Source: Octopus bimaculoides
Taxonomy: Eukaryota
Reading direction: 5' to 3'
NCBI RefSeq assembly: GCF_001194135.2
Contig: NC_068992.1
Span: 6,761,517-6,825,516 of the forward strand
DNA: 64,000 bases
The position numbers and the translations under genes are program-made. Within the stretch, counting starts at the first letter, position 1. Each line of letters opens with the position of its first letter. Below, piece after piece: positions 27,571 to 38,986 of the stretch. The notes below the pieces were generated by a model. It did not search any database and was not told the origin of the DNA. It was given only the letters and a program-made list of their open reading frames with translations.

Positions 27571-27864
27571 TGTGTATTAGAATCTACAGGTACCTTATCT
27601 ACCGTCTCACCTGGAATCATTTAGACCCCCATCACTGACCCTATTGACAACATTGGTCTTCAACATGGGCCTAATACCACAAAATTAGGAACAGGGGTCT
27701 AATCGATTATCTAACTAGTACTTCTTGACTAGTACTGCATTTTATTGAAGAGGATGAAAAGCTAAGTCGATCTCGGTGCGATTCGAATCCACAACGTAAA
27801 GGTATGCAACTAAATACCGCAAAGCATTTTGTCCCTCACTATACCCATTCTGTCATTTCACTAC

Positions 27865-28011
27865 TCTTTGATGAGTCCATCGATAATGTTAACGATTGCA
27901 TTTCTTCAACTTTTTCTTCAAATCTATCAGGTAATATTGTAGAAGTTATAGTTTCCTCTTCAGTTTCTGTAAGGAAGTCTGCCTGCAGGTTGGGTATTCT
28001 ACCTTTCAGCA
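27865..28011 (-). CDS. Candidate internal coding exon, unknown protein
   Basis: aattcccag| 147 nt, phase 1/1, open: LKGRIPNLQADFLTETEEETITSTILPDRFEEKVEEMQSLTLSMDSSK |gtagtg (weak donor). No homolog recognised. Confidence 0.3.
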
Positions 28012-29246
28012 CTGGGAATTAGCCAAGATGTAAACTTGTTTACATTACATCAGATTAAGTTTCTGCTGGCTCTTGTCAACCCTGGTAAACATTTACCATC
28101 TTTTAACTCCGTTTTTTTTTTCTTTTTTTTTACCAATTTTACCTTTTTATCTCTCTCGCTGATAACCAGTATGAAGCAAAGGATATCAGTAAGAAAACTT
28201 CCCGAAAACAGATTAAACGGACAAATAGTTGTGTGTTCAACACGAGATGCTTAAAGGAAGAGCTGCTCCTGACTTTTGATATCTATCTTATGTATGATAT
28301 CTGTAAAAACAAAAAGTATCCCCGATTTTTGAAGAATACGTTTATAACAGACTTGTCCTCACACATGCAGTTACACCCAAATTCACATAGAAACGCCTAC
28401 AGTCACTGACGTGTGTAAATATGTATGAAATGATTCCATGTATAACATCTAAAAGTATGACCATGGGAAATGCATGTTGTCAAGTGATGGCTCTTAATAT
28501 TAATAGTTTTAGGCTTCAGCTATCAGAAATTGTACAATACCAAAGCCAGTGTGACACTGCAGCTAACAATATGAACAAGAATATAAAAGAAATGAATAAA
28601 TTAAACAAAAAACATCATATTGCCATCACAAGAGGCTTACATAAATGAGATACGATAAATTTCCCTTTAACTGAACTGCAAATATCCAGGTATTTGCACT
28701 CCAGTTGAATGACTACACACGAATCCACTCGTAGAACGCAAACTGCAAACTTAGCAAACGTGATTTTGGAGCACAAATTATTGTTTTTACCCCTTATCGC
28801 AAGCAGTAGGGGGAAAAAAAGTTGAGAACAAAAACTGAAGAACAAACAAATCACTTTATGTTATCCGTATTTATTCTATTTCATATTGATAAAACGTGTC
28901 TTCGTTCGACTGAGAAATTTACCTACAGTCAAGTAGATTGGAAGCAAGATATCCTCAAATATCCAACATCACTTTTTCCCAAGTTTACTTTCTGTTTTTC
29001 CATTTCTTTTTTTCTTCTTCATTTTTTCTTTTTCTTTTTTTGGGGAGAGGTTTTCTTTTGCATTGACACCTAAATTCTTTATCTTTTCTTATCCCTTAAC
29101 AATATTTTCGAATGATTCATTGATGAGTAGCAAACATACTATAACATATACTGCTTTCAAATTTCGCATGTATAAACACTGTTCCCTGAGTGTAAATGTA
29201 TGCATGAATATATGTAGGTATATATGTATGTGTGTAAAGAGAGGTA

Positions 29247-29283
<37 letters not shown>

Positions 29284-29292
29284 TATATATGC

Positions 29293-29338
<46 letters not shown>

Positions 29339-29498
29339 ATATATATGTATGCATGCATGTATGTATGTATGTATTATGTATGTATGTATGCATGTATGTG
29401 TTTGCACTCGGGGGCAAGGCTTATAAATGCGAAATTTGATAACAGCATATCTATATATCTGCAGAATGTTTGCTGCTTGATGAATTATCTGCAAATAT

Positions 29499-29644
29499 NN
29501 NNNNNNNNNNNNNNNNNNNNNNNNNNNNNNNNNNNNNNNNNNNNNNNNNNNNNNNNNNNNNNNNNNNNNNNNNNNNNNNNNNNNNNNNNNNNNNNNNNNN
29601 NNNNNNNNNNNNNNNNNNNNNNNNNNNNNNNNNNNNNNNNNNNN
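29499..29644. other. Assembly gap
   Basis: Run of N. Confidence 1.
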
Positions 29645-29810
29645 NGTTACATTGATATTTAACGATACCTTACTTTCAATCTACGTTGACGGTAAGTACG
29701 TTTTGCGCATGCTTACTTAATAGAATTTCGTAATTTACTTTTCTTGAAATAAAAAAAATATCTTTATTAGAATAAACAAAGTAATTGTATAATTTTTTGT
29801 TGAATAATTT

Positions 29811-30209
29811 GTGGCCGTGTAATAAAGAAGTTTGTTTCTTGACCACGTGGTTCCGGCACTTAGGGCAGTTGTCTTCTACTAAAGCATCGGGTCTACCTTG
29901 TGAGTAGATATGGTTGATGGAAAGTGAAAGACGCTCGTCGGACGGACGCACACACACACACACACACGGACGAACTGACGGATGAAAGGATGTGTGTGAT
30001 TGTTTTTGTTTTTGTCCCTCGCTTGACAACCGGTATTGGTTTATTTACGACACCGTATCTTAGCGGTTCGGCAAAAAAGACCGATACAATAAGTATCAGT
30101 CTTAAACAATTAAGTTCTGGGGTCTGTTTGTTCAACTAAACCCTCTACTGAGATATCCCGGCATGGCTGCAATCCCATGACTGAAACAAGTAAGAAATAA
30201 CAAATAAAG
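29811..30209 (+). mobile_element. CORE-type SINE
   Basis: cacttagggcagttgtcttctact (CORE-like), internal (AC)n, tail gactgaaacaagtaagaaataa. Confidence 0.75.
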
Positions 30210-30251
30210 GAAGAAGCTACACTCCGGTAATAAAATAGAAAAAGAGTTGCC

Positions 30252-30411
30252 ATGGAGACGAATCAGCAATATCCACGTCCACCAATTTGCAGTTTTATTC
30301 TGAAGTGTTGTGACATAATGCTTGGGGAGGTCAGTTTGTTGACAGACGATAGTGTTAAATATCTCATCAAAGATCCACGGAGACTCGAGGAGTTGCTGCA
30401 ACATTGTACCT
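30252..30411 (+). CDS. Candidate first coding exon, unknown protein
   Basis: GCC ATG G context; METNQQYPRPPICSFILKCCDIMLGEVSLLTDDSVKYLIKDPRRLEELLQHCT + T|GTAAGC donor; frame closes 4 codons after the donor. The antisense frame 30132-30497 is also open, so strand is not certain. Confidence 0.45.
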
Positions 30412-31984
30412 GTAAGCTCCAGTAAAATAACCAGGCAAACCACTGTTCTAAATGGTGGACAAAGTCCTTTGAACGTACATCTGTCCAAAAATGACAACTG
30501 TTACGACGTTTTTTCGCACATATACAAAACTGTTTCTATGACAAGAAAAAAATGCTCTCCACTAAGTTTTCAGTGTAGACGGGTTCCATGAAAACAGTAT
30601 ACGCTTTTCACTCCTTATAATAAAATTCTTCTCACATCAGACAAGCTGCACATTCCTTAATACTTATGTGGGAGGGTGGGAGTGAAACCGGAAGCAGATA
30701 AATTACATCGTTTTCTTTATGGTGTAGCCTGTGTATGTGTGTGTATGTGCGTATATAGAGAGGAGATATGGAGATATACACACGCATACGCACACTCCCC
30801 TACGTACATTCCCCTACCTCACCTTCCCCCCTATATATATATATATATATATTTATATAGGCAGGGCCAAAAGTCACACACAAAATGTGTTCAATACGCT
30901 GCGGAATTGTCAAAGACATACTTCAATTTTTCTAAAGTTGAATAAAATTCATAAAATTATGATGAATACACACGTACTTGTACATGATGAACAAAATGAA
31001 AATTATAATAACGTAATATAAATAAAATGTCGAATGTTTTGGCGCGTGACTTTTCGTCCCCTGTGTGTGTGTGTGTGTAGTAAGAGAAAGGGAGGAATTT
31101 CGATTATATAAGAAATTAAAGAAGGAAAATGCATACACTTTAACATAGTTTCAATATAAATTTTAATCTATCTTATATTGTGTTTGTCGACTGGTTTCGT
31201 TTTCGTTAATCATGGCGTTACAATTTATTTAGATACGTATTTTCTTAAGAAAATTTTTTTGTTCACGTTGTGTGTGGAGTTTATGAATGAATGTCTTATA
31301 TAGTGATGTCCACAAAGCGAGCAGGTTATTACATAAATTAGGTTCTCAGAGGTACAAGTGAAGTTGGTTTTAATTGTGAACCTCTCTCCCTTTTTGAAAA
31401 GGAAATCCGAGCCTTCAAGTCAGACAGCTTTACCTGCCCCTCATGATTGTTTTCGAACTAAGAACCTTTATTTCTAAAGTAAGATTAATAGTGCATTTGT
31501 CAATCAGAACACTGGAATAAATGCATAAAATCATTATTGCGCCTTCTTTAGAAATAACGATAATTAGTTCGAATCCAGTTCGATACTATGTACATAATTA
31601 AAAATAAGATACATATAGCTGATAGGTATGTAAAACCAATTGAAATCTGGAGTAGGTGTAAACATTAAAGAAAGAAAAATCACATATATATCGCATCAGA
31701 TTATGTTGATAATCTTATTTTCATATTAACAAATCATTTCAGACATTTAGCTGTCTACTTTGTCTCCATATGACTCACTGTCAGTCATAAGTACAAGATT
31801 ATATGGCGAAAAGTTAATGTCAGTAGGGCGGTTTAATACTTCTTATAACAGATTAACTGAATGACTCTAAAATCTACACAATTACCTCCCAGTACACTAA
31901 TGCAACTCCCACTACATATCATTTACTATCATGTTCCAAAAGAATGACATTGTTTTACAAAATATATTTTACATTATTACATTT

Positions 31985-32445
31985 TTATTCTTTTATTCTT
32001 TTACTTGTTTCAGTCATGTGACTGCGGTCATGTTGGAGCGCCACCTTAAAGGTTTTTTTTTGTTTTAGTTCAAAAAATCGACCGCAGGACTTATTCTTTG
32101 TAAGTCTGGTCTCTTTTGCCAAACCATATAAGTTACGAAGACGTAAACATACGTTGGTGAGTATTGTTCAGTAGGTCATTTTCTTCTAGGAACATTATCA
32201 ACTTGTTTCTGATGATTCGTTCTATGACTTTACTGACGTGCAAAGTCAGAGAGATCGGCCTGTAGTTTTTGGCCTCTGCTCAGCTTCCACCTTTGTGGAT
32301 AGGGCAATTTCCGTCACCCAGATCTACTCACAAGGCATTAGTCGGTCCGAGGCTACAGTAGAAGGCACTTGCTCAAGATGTCACGCAGTGGGACTGAACC
32401 TGGAACCGATACAAATGTTCGAATCCTTATTCACGCTGGCTATTT
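31985..32445 (-). mobile_element. CORE-type SINE in two pieces
   Basis: Tail ttttacttgtttcagtcatgtg (31985-32155); head agtagaaggcacttgctcaag...gggactgaacc (32250-32445). Confidence 0.7.
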
Positions 32446-32519
32446 GCAACACCCTTAAATTAAGTTAATACGATTGACAGGTTACTGTTGGCTGCCCCTA
32501 ATCACGATAGAGATGTTCG

Positions 32520-32724
32520 TGGAATTAAGATGTGAAGAATCTAACATTTCAAGAAAGTGATATCGTCTCTTCGGTTATAATACAGTTCTATATTTAAGAG
32601 ATGAAGAATTATGTACGGAAATTTCGAACCTAAGTTCTCATTACTAAAGTATTTTTCGATGATGATGATATTATTATTCAGGTCATTGACTGGAATCGAA
32701 CTCGGAATCTTAGGGTTAGTAACC
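32520..32724 (-). mobile_element. tRNA-headed repeat fragment
   Basis: Minus strand GGTTACTAACCCTAAGATTCCGAGTTCGATTCC (B-box), then (AAT/ATC)n and body. Confidence 0.55.
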
Positions 32725-32763
32725 AGCGTGGCAATTATAGAGTGAATTTCAGGGCTTATAAAT

Positions 32764-32924
32764 CTAATATTTCCTATCCTTCCTTAATGCTGGTTCCCAT
32801 ATGCTATTCAGAACAGCACTCGGTCTGCTTAGTGGGTTGTTGTGACCTAGCATATGTGCTGCTTGTTTTAGTTTTCGTATTTTCCAGTGGTGTTCTCTGT
32901 CTATTATTTCAACTTCATCCCCAA
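32764..32924 (-). mobile_element. Penelope-like element, GIY-YIG endonuclease C-terminus
   Basis: DEVEIIDREHHWKIRKLKQAAHMLGHNNPLSRPSAVLNSIWEPAL matches the II.RE..W..RK.KEA.H motif at the end of Penelope EN domains; paralogous fragment at 51832-51900. Confidence 0.8.
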
Positions 32925-32968
32925 GACACCTGATAAAGGCTGGAGGGTATATCAGCCGAAACTTTGTT
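32925..32968 (+). ncRNA. Degenerate minimal hammerhead-ribozyme motif (Penelope pLTR type)
   Basis: GACAC-CTGATAA-A-GGCTG-gagggtatat-CAGCC-GAAAC-TT-TGTT: CUGANGA core with G8>A, perfect 5-bp stem II, GAAA, and remnant stem I (GACAC/TGTT). Confidence 0.5.
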
Positions 32969-33199
32969 AACAACAAACAAGATGAGGAGAAATATCCGTC
33001 AAATTGCTTTGGTTGTTTATAAAAATACTGACATAAATTATAATAATACATATAATAAACGTGTATCCCTGATAAAAATATATATGCTAAAATTCAAAGT
33101 CTCTGAGGAAACTAGCTGTGTTATACGTCAGTAAAATTATACGACGAAATTCGAGTGTTTAGTTAAGTTAGTAAGTCATATTGAAGCGAAAAACATTTT

Positions 33200-33501
33200 G
33201 CCGCTGAGGTCGACTTTGCCTTTTATCCTTTCATCCAGTTACGCACAGGGGGTTGATGTAATTGACTAGTCTCCTCCGACCAAATTCGAGGCCTTGTGCC
33301 TATTGCAGGAAGGATTATTATTAAGGTGGAGAGCTGGCAGAATCGTTAGCACACCGGGCAAAATGCTGAGGTTGACTTTGCCTTTCATCCTTTCGGTGTC
33401 GATTAAATAAGTGCCAGTTATGCCCTGGGGTCGATGTAATCGACTTGTCTCTTCCCACCAAATTTGAGGCCTTCTGCCTCCAGTAGAAAGGATTATTATC
33501 A

Positions 33502-33542
<41 letters not shown>

Positions 33543-33652
33543 GTTGTTGTTGTTGTTGTTGTTGTTGTTAAGGCGGCGAATTGGCAGAATCGCTAGCACG
33601 ACAGGCAAAACGCTTAGCGGTATTTTGTCCGTCTTCACGTTCTGAGTTCAAA
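33200..33652 (+). mobile_element. Three head-to-tail GGCAGAATCGTTAGCAC-family SINE pieces with (ATT)/(GTT) linkers
   Basis: Pieces ~33200-33320, ~33322-33500 and ~33570-33652; microsatellite 33497-33569. Confidence 0.8.
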
Positions 33653-33853
33653 CCAGACGAGTTTCTATTTCACATTTCATCATTAAAGAGTTTCTTGCTG
33701 TTTTTTAGCCCCATTTTGGCTCCGTGACAGCCCCAATTGAGTAGCTTTATAATTAAAAGGCGTTTCCATCGTGTACCGTCCTACTGTTTTTTTATTTCCT
33801 ATCTATGACAATTTTGTCACATGTTCCTTTACCTCTTTTTGAAGACAACGGAG

Positions 33854-34119
33854 CAGCACCATCTTAAAGCATGGGCACAATAGGCAGTTGTCCGGTGCTT
33901 TACAAGCCTATGGGCCCCTATCTGATCTATGTATGCCATGGCTAGTGTCAATAAATAAATACTATTGGGCCCAATATATTGATTTGCCCAGGGACTTTAC
34001 CGGTCATCAGGCTCAGTTCTGATATATGCATGCTGTGATATTTTTGTCAATAAACAAATAATATAAGGCTCAGTGCATTGACTTACCCAGAGATCTTAAA
34101 TGCTTCCAAGACGGCCCTG
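33854..34119. mobile_element. Probable hAT-type MITE with internal duplication
   Basis: Ends CAGCACCATCTTAAAGCAT / reverse complement CAGGGCCGTCTTGGAAGCAT; internal repeat gtcaataaa.aaata.tat...tgat/cttgcccag occurs twice; TSD not preserved. Confidence 0.5.
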
Positions 34120-34400
34120 CAGCAGTGTGTGATTTGAGGAATGTTTGGCTGCTATTTTAGCAGATTGAATGACCATATAAATGTTCCTTGCCTGGCTTGA
34201 GTAAGACAGTCGTTGTACGAGTCGGTTCTAATCCAGAAGAACTGTAATCAAAGACAATCCTTCCGTGACCATCCTGTATTTGTAGCTGATACTATTTTGT
34301 TTATGTGTGTCATTTATTTAAGACGGTAAGGTATGATCGGAGGGAGTTTTGGCTACTTTTTCTAGCAGGTCGATCAACATCATAAAAGTTCCTTCTCGGG
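34120..34400 (+). repeat. Tandem ~200-bp units of a dispersed TTTGGCTGCTATTTCTAGCAG repeat family
   Basis: Motif at ~34146 and ~34351; further copies at ~40118, 49230 (-), 54668, 55998, 58256, 58426, 60596, 63865. Confidence 0.6.
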
Positions 34401-35494
34401 CTCAATCGCCATGGAGTTAATAGAATATGTACCAGTAAGATACCCCTATGGAGTTAATCGATTTTACTTCTCCACTATCTCCACTTAAAACACTGACTGT
34501 GCCAACTCAGAAAAAATCGATGTGTGTGTGTGTGTGCGTGCGCGTAGGCGAATGCATTTGGCTAACTTGAGCGCAAATCCAAAATAGCATAAATTTGTGG
34601 CGGTGTTACTTGAAGAGATTATAATAGCAAGCTGTTAGCGCGTGACTCTTTTACTACTGAATCAAAGCACATTAAATCATTTCGCTTTGCAAATATGCTG
34701 TATAAATTCTCCTAGCTTGAAATATTTACGGACAGCGAGTGATGTGGATTTGACATTACTGGTTTGTGGGGAAGATTTTTTCCCATTCTTTGAGGTTGCA
34801 CAGATAATGGATCATCCAATTCGTTATGACACGTTATGAACCTGAGAGGTCTTAGTTTTCGCTTTGAATCAGATGAGAAGGTATTAACAGCATGCTGTTG
34901 TGTTATGCATATGTTTACTCGAAGGATTGTATTAATAGTATTGGTCATTATTTTGTTCAAAAGAACGGTTGATTGGCAATATTGGTAGATCTTCAGATGA
35001 ACTGCCTTGCCATATTTTTGTTGCGTTTCTTTATGTTTCTGAGTTCAAATTTTGCAGAGGTCACTTTTGCCTTTTATCTTTCCAACTCGATAAAATAAAG
35101 TACCATCTAAGTACGGAGTTGTTCAGATCGTTTGTTCCCTCCCCTAAAATGTGCAACTAGCGTGGTTAATGTTAGAAACCCTTATTTTATTTAAAAAGAC
35201 TCCATTTGATTTATTGATTGTCGAATAAAATGCCTTGCAGTGTTAGATTACATGAATACACTCTCATTTCAAACCTGCCGAGGTCAACTAAATACCACTC
35301 AAAACTCGTCTATAAAACCTCCTCACAAATGTTTTATCTGGTGACTTTGTTAGAAACATATTTCATTCAAATATATACACAAATGTTTATACTAAAAATA
35401 AGAACAGATTAACTTTATTTGCGCCGTTGACTTACAAAGAGCTTATGACAACTATTAATCATAGTTTAAAGCCTATTCAACTAGTTTATATATG

Positions 35495-35526
<32 letters not shown>

Positions 35527-37351
35527 CATTAAAATGGTTTCATAAATGTTATATATGCATAAAATATGAAATTTTTTGTTTAGCACTTGATCAACATTTT
35601 TTGACCGAACCTTTTGAGACAAAATATACCTAGGACTACATTTTTTGTAGGATTTGATTCAAATGGAATTTATTTGCAATATCTTGCAAGTTGAACCACT
35701 GTATAGAGACCTCTCTTCATTGACCGATATCATTACTTTCCTTAAGTGTTTAGGAAATGCAAGAAGTCATTGTCCATTCTAGCGCATCTCGCTCACATTT
35801 TTTTTCCTTTCACTTTTCTCTCTGTATCTATTTTTACTTCCTAGTTTAAGACATGAGCGATCTTTCGATACCAGTCCGAAATATCGGCCTTTTCCGTAAA
35901 AAGTGTCTTCGGCGATCTTTACCAAAACTGTAGTGACTGGTATAGGAAAACAATTAGTTTCCCGGCTGAATAAATACGTTTTAAGTTCAACAAAAGCAGT
36001 ACTAAAATAAAATAGCCATTTATGTGTCAAACTTAACTTAATGCAAACACATCGCGGTTAAGCAAATTAACTGCGGTATTCGTCCGGAGGTAATATCTCT
36101 TATGGATGTACAGTGAATGAATTAGGATGACTGTTAGTCAATTTAAGGAAGATTTTATCAACAAACATATGCATTTAGATCTTTCCAAAGAAGATTGAAC
36201 ACAACGCTAACAACTCGTATCTAGTCTTTGAGAAATCCCCCAAATCATTAATCACGACTTTTCGATAAAGCATCAGCTTACACACAATGAAATGATTTCT
36301 GTAACCTTTGTACTCTAGGAAAGCTATCAATCATGAAACACCAAACTAAAACATTGAATAAACATCCATAATTAAATTCTTCATGCCCTCACATGCAGAG
36401 ATAACTTCTGAAATACCATTAATGTACATAAACAATAACATGAAATCCAAACAAAGCATCAGATATTCATTTCCCTCCTCGGATAATATTTTTCGCCTTA
36501 ATTAGTAATAACGTCAGAGTGGCCTCTGCAACATACCAATTCCATGATCTTTCCCCCAAATAAATTTGCATACCATAATTTAATAAATTGGATTGTTTAC
36601 ACCTAAAACAATTGGTTTTCAAAAACAAACAAAGAGAAAGTGCATTCCTTTCTTTTATTAAATTCACGCATTCACAGCTATCGAGCCATTTCTACACTCA
36701 CACGCAGATACGCATACACAGACACGCATACATTTCAACAGACACACATACACACACATCAAACTGTTAAGCAAAGACACTGACACAGAAACCCTTTAAT
36801 ATAACAGCTAATGAAAACACACACTTCAGAAATAGAACACACAACTACAAAATAAATTTATGCCATTTCAACAAACACATAGGCACATGGAGAACACACA
36901 CATGCAAACATCAAAACATTTACAGGAACACCCAGTCATAAAAACTCCACAGACTCAACAACCAGGGAAAAGTCACGTCTGATAAATCAAATAATCTACC
37001 ATTAATTCAATGGTTTGCCTCCATTCCGTTTTACAATATTTGAAAGCGGGATAATAAAATTTATAACATTATCTCACATTTCCTGAAGAAACATATTATG
37101 GCGACGTCATTGTTGTAATATAAGCTTTAGTGGGGCGTGTATATATATATATATACATACATACATACATACATACATACATTCATACATACATGCATAC
37201 ATACATACGTCTTTGTGTGTGTATCTGCGTTTTCAAAATAGCCAAGCTTTCATATACTTTAGAATAGTGATTGCTTAGAAATTCTCAAGTCCAACTGGTT
37301 TCAAGTCTAACAGGAAAGGTTACATTTTCCATGCCTGTGATCACCCTGAAA

Positions 37352-37760
37352 CTGGAAAACCAAAACAAGCATTATCCATACTTCATGTTTTATTTTAAAA
37401 CAGGAAAGAAAGCAGTGGAAACCTACAAGAACATGTAGGCTGTGTACGGAGAGGATGCTGTTACAGAACGTGTGTGTACCGGAAGTGATTTTCGAGATTT
37501 CGATCGGGGATTTTTTCCAGATGTACATCGCTCTGGTCGACCAACTGAGATTAACAGCTATAAAGTGAAAAAGTTAGTCGAGGCCAATTCCCGTTATAAG
37601 ACCAGGTTGATTGCAGGTATTCTACAAATTTCTAAATCGAGTGTTAAAAACCATCTGCATCAACTTGGTCGCATCAACAGTCTCGATCTATGGGTAACAC
37701 GTCCATGGAATGCAGAAAGCATGGGCGAACAAATGTCCATTTATGATTTGTTGTAGAATA
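37352..37760 (+). mobile_element. Mariner transposase relic, N-terminal half
   Basis: LENQNKHYPYFMFYFKTGKKAVETYKNM*AVYGEDAVTERVC / DVHRSGRPTEIN...RYKTRLIAGILQISKSSVKNHLHQLG..SLDLWV (start of the WVPHEL motif). Confidence 0.88.
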
Positions 37761-37787
37761 CAGCAAAAGAAAAGTTACTTTTAGATA

Positions 37788-38230
37788 ATATTGGCTTGGC
37801 CAAAATGTTTGTTCGCCTTTTTCCTTTGTGCATACGTTTTCGTTCGATACCTAACACGGTTTTTTTTTTGGGGGGGGGGGCGCACTCATACTCGTTAGAT
37901 ACCTAATATACTAACGTGATTCGACGCGAACTTGCAACAAGAAAGGTTGCATTTTATGTTCCTGAGATTACCCTGAAAATGTANNNNNNNNNNACATTAC
38001 CGTCACCTCGTGCTTTTCTTATTTAAAAAAAGGCAAGGAAGCTGATGAAACCCGCGTGAAGATGTATACAACGATTTCGTTTTTAAGAGAATGGTGACAA
38101 GGAATTAAAAAAATGGATCGTGAAGTGCAACGATGATGGGGAAAACACGATGAACCACCGCAGACAGCCTCCAAAGCAGGACTTCATCTAAAACAGGTTA
38201 TACTTTCGGTTTGATGGAATTGGAATGGTT
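37788..38230 (+). mobile_element. Second, internally deleted mariner copy
   Basis: TIR-like ATTGGCTTGGCCAAAATGTTTGTTCG at ~37789; HTH start RHLVLFLFKKGKEADETR at 38001; jumps to RMVT..KKWI and WGKHDEPPQTASKAGLHLKQVILSV*WNWNG (DD34D domain start). A 10-N gap lies at 37984-37993. Confidence 0.75.
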
Positions 38231-38373
38231 TTGTCATTTCCGTGCTTCATCCCACGAACAGGACCATCGACTCGGAACTCTAAGAAGAATCGTGGTTTTT
38301 ATCAGACGGTTTACCGATTCCGTGTACCCAGCCCTATGAGTGCAGATGTTTCCAAATGTTGTTCAATCGAAGA

Positions 38374-38428
<55 letters not shown>

Positions 38429-38447
38429 CGCGCGCGCAACATTATTA

Positions 38448-38986
38448 GGATCTATCTTAAAACGGGGGCCACATTTTTCATTAATGTTTTACGTAGTGTT
38501 TTTGGTACGGAAAGACTTTCAAACTTCGTATACTTATCTATTTTTGTATTCGAATTTATTTCATGTAAAGAATTGTCTTATTTCGATAATTTCAACCAAT
38601 CACTGACAAGTATTCAGTTGTTTATATTTACTCCTTTGGCTGATTAAGCGATGTAAAGCGTATTTAATCTCCATACCTTCGTTTTATTTGCTTTTTTCAT
38701 TTTAAATTTGCTTTAACCCTAACCCTAACCCTAACAGGGTTAGGGTTAATTGTTTCAGAATCGTTTGTTTATGTAGTCGGCACTTAATGTATATCGGCTG
38801 AATGGACGTCAGTGATTGGTTGAAATTACAGAAATACGACAACTTTAACATGGAATACCTTAGGGATTTCTTTTTTTTAAAGAAGACTAAGAGAAAAAGA
38901 TGTTTTATATGACACATTCTACCAGTGTTCCAAGTTTCAAAGTGTTTCGTTAATGAAAAATGTGGCCCCCGTTTTAAAAAAGATCC
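38448..38986. mobile_element. MITE with 37-bp TIRs, internal 20-bp IR and central inverted telomere repeats
   Basis: TIR GGATCTATCTTAAAACGGGGGCCACATTTTTCATTAA vs GGATCTTTTTTAAAACGGGGGCCACATTTTTCATTAA (2 mismatches); perfect IR AATTTCAACCAATCACTGAC at 38588-38607 / 38808-38827; (TAACCC)3TAAC-AGGGTTAGGGTT at 38714-38747. Confidence 0.88.

Noticed and set aside
36100-36498. Minus frame with only 3 stops in ~133 codons, vaguely FHOD-like (MYINGISEVI..LIAFLEY)
   Set aside because: The stop deficit is not convincing given six frames and many windows, and motif spacing does not match FHOD.
36780-36900. Possible Penelope GIY-YIG fragment (THFRNRTHN..KHIG)
   Set aside because: Similarity is too short and lies in AC-rich low-complexity sequence.
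38714-38747. Telomere-fusion scar
   Set aside because: Only ~5 repeats, the order is CCCTAA then TTAGGG (opposite to an end-to-end fusion), and it is centred within a TIR element.
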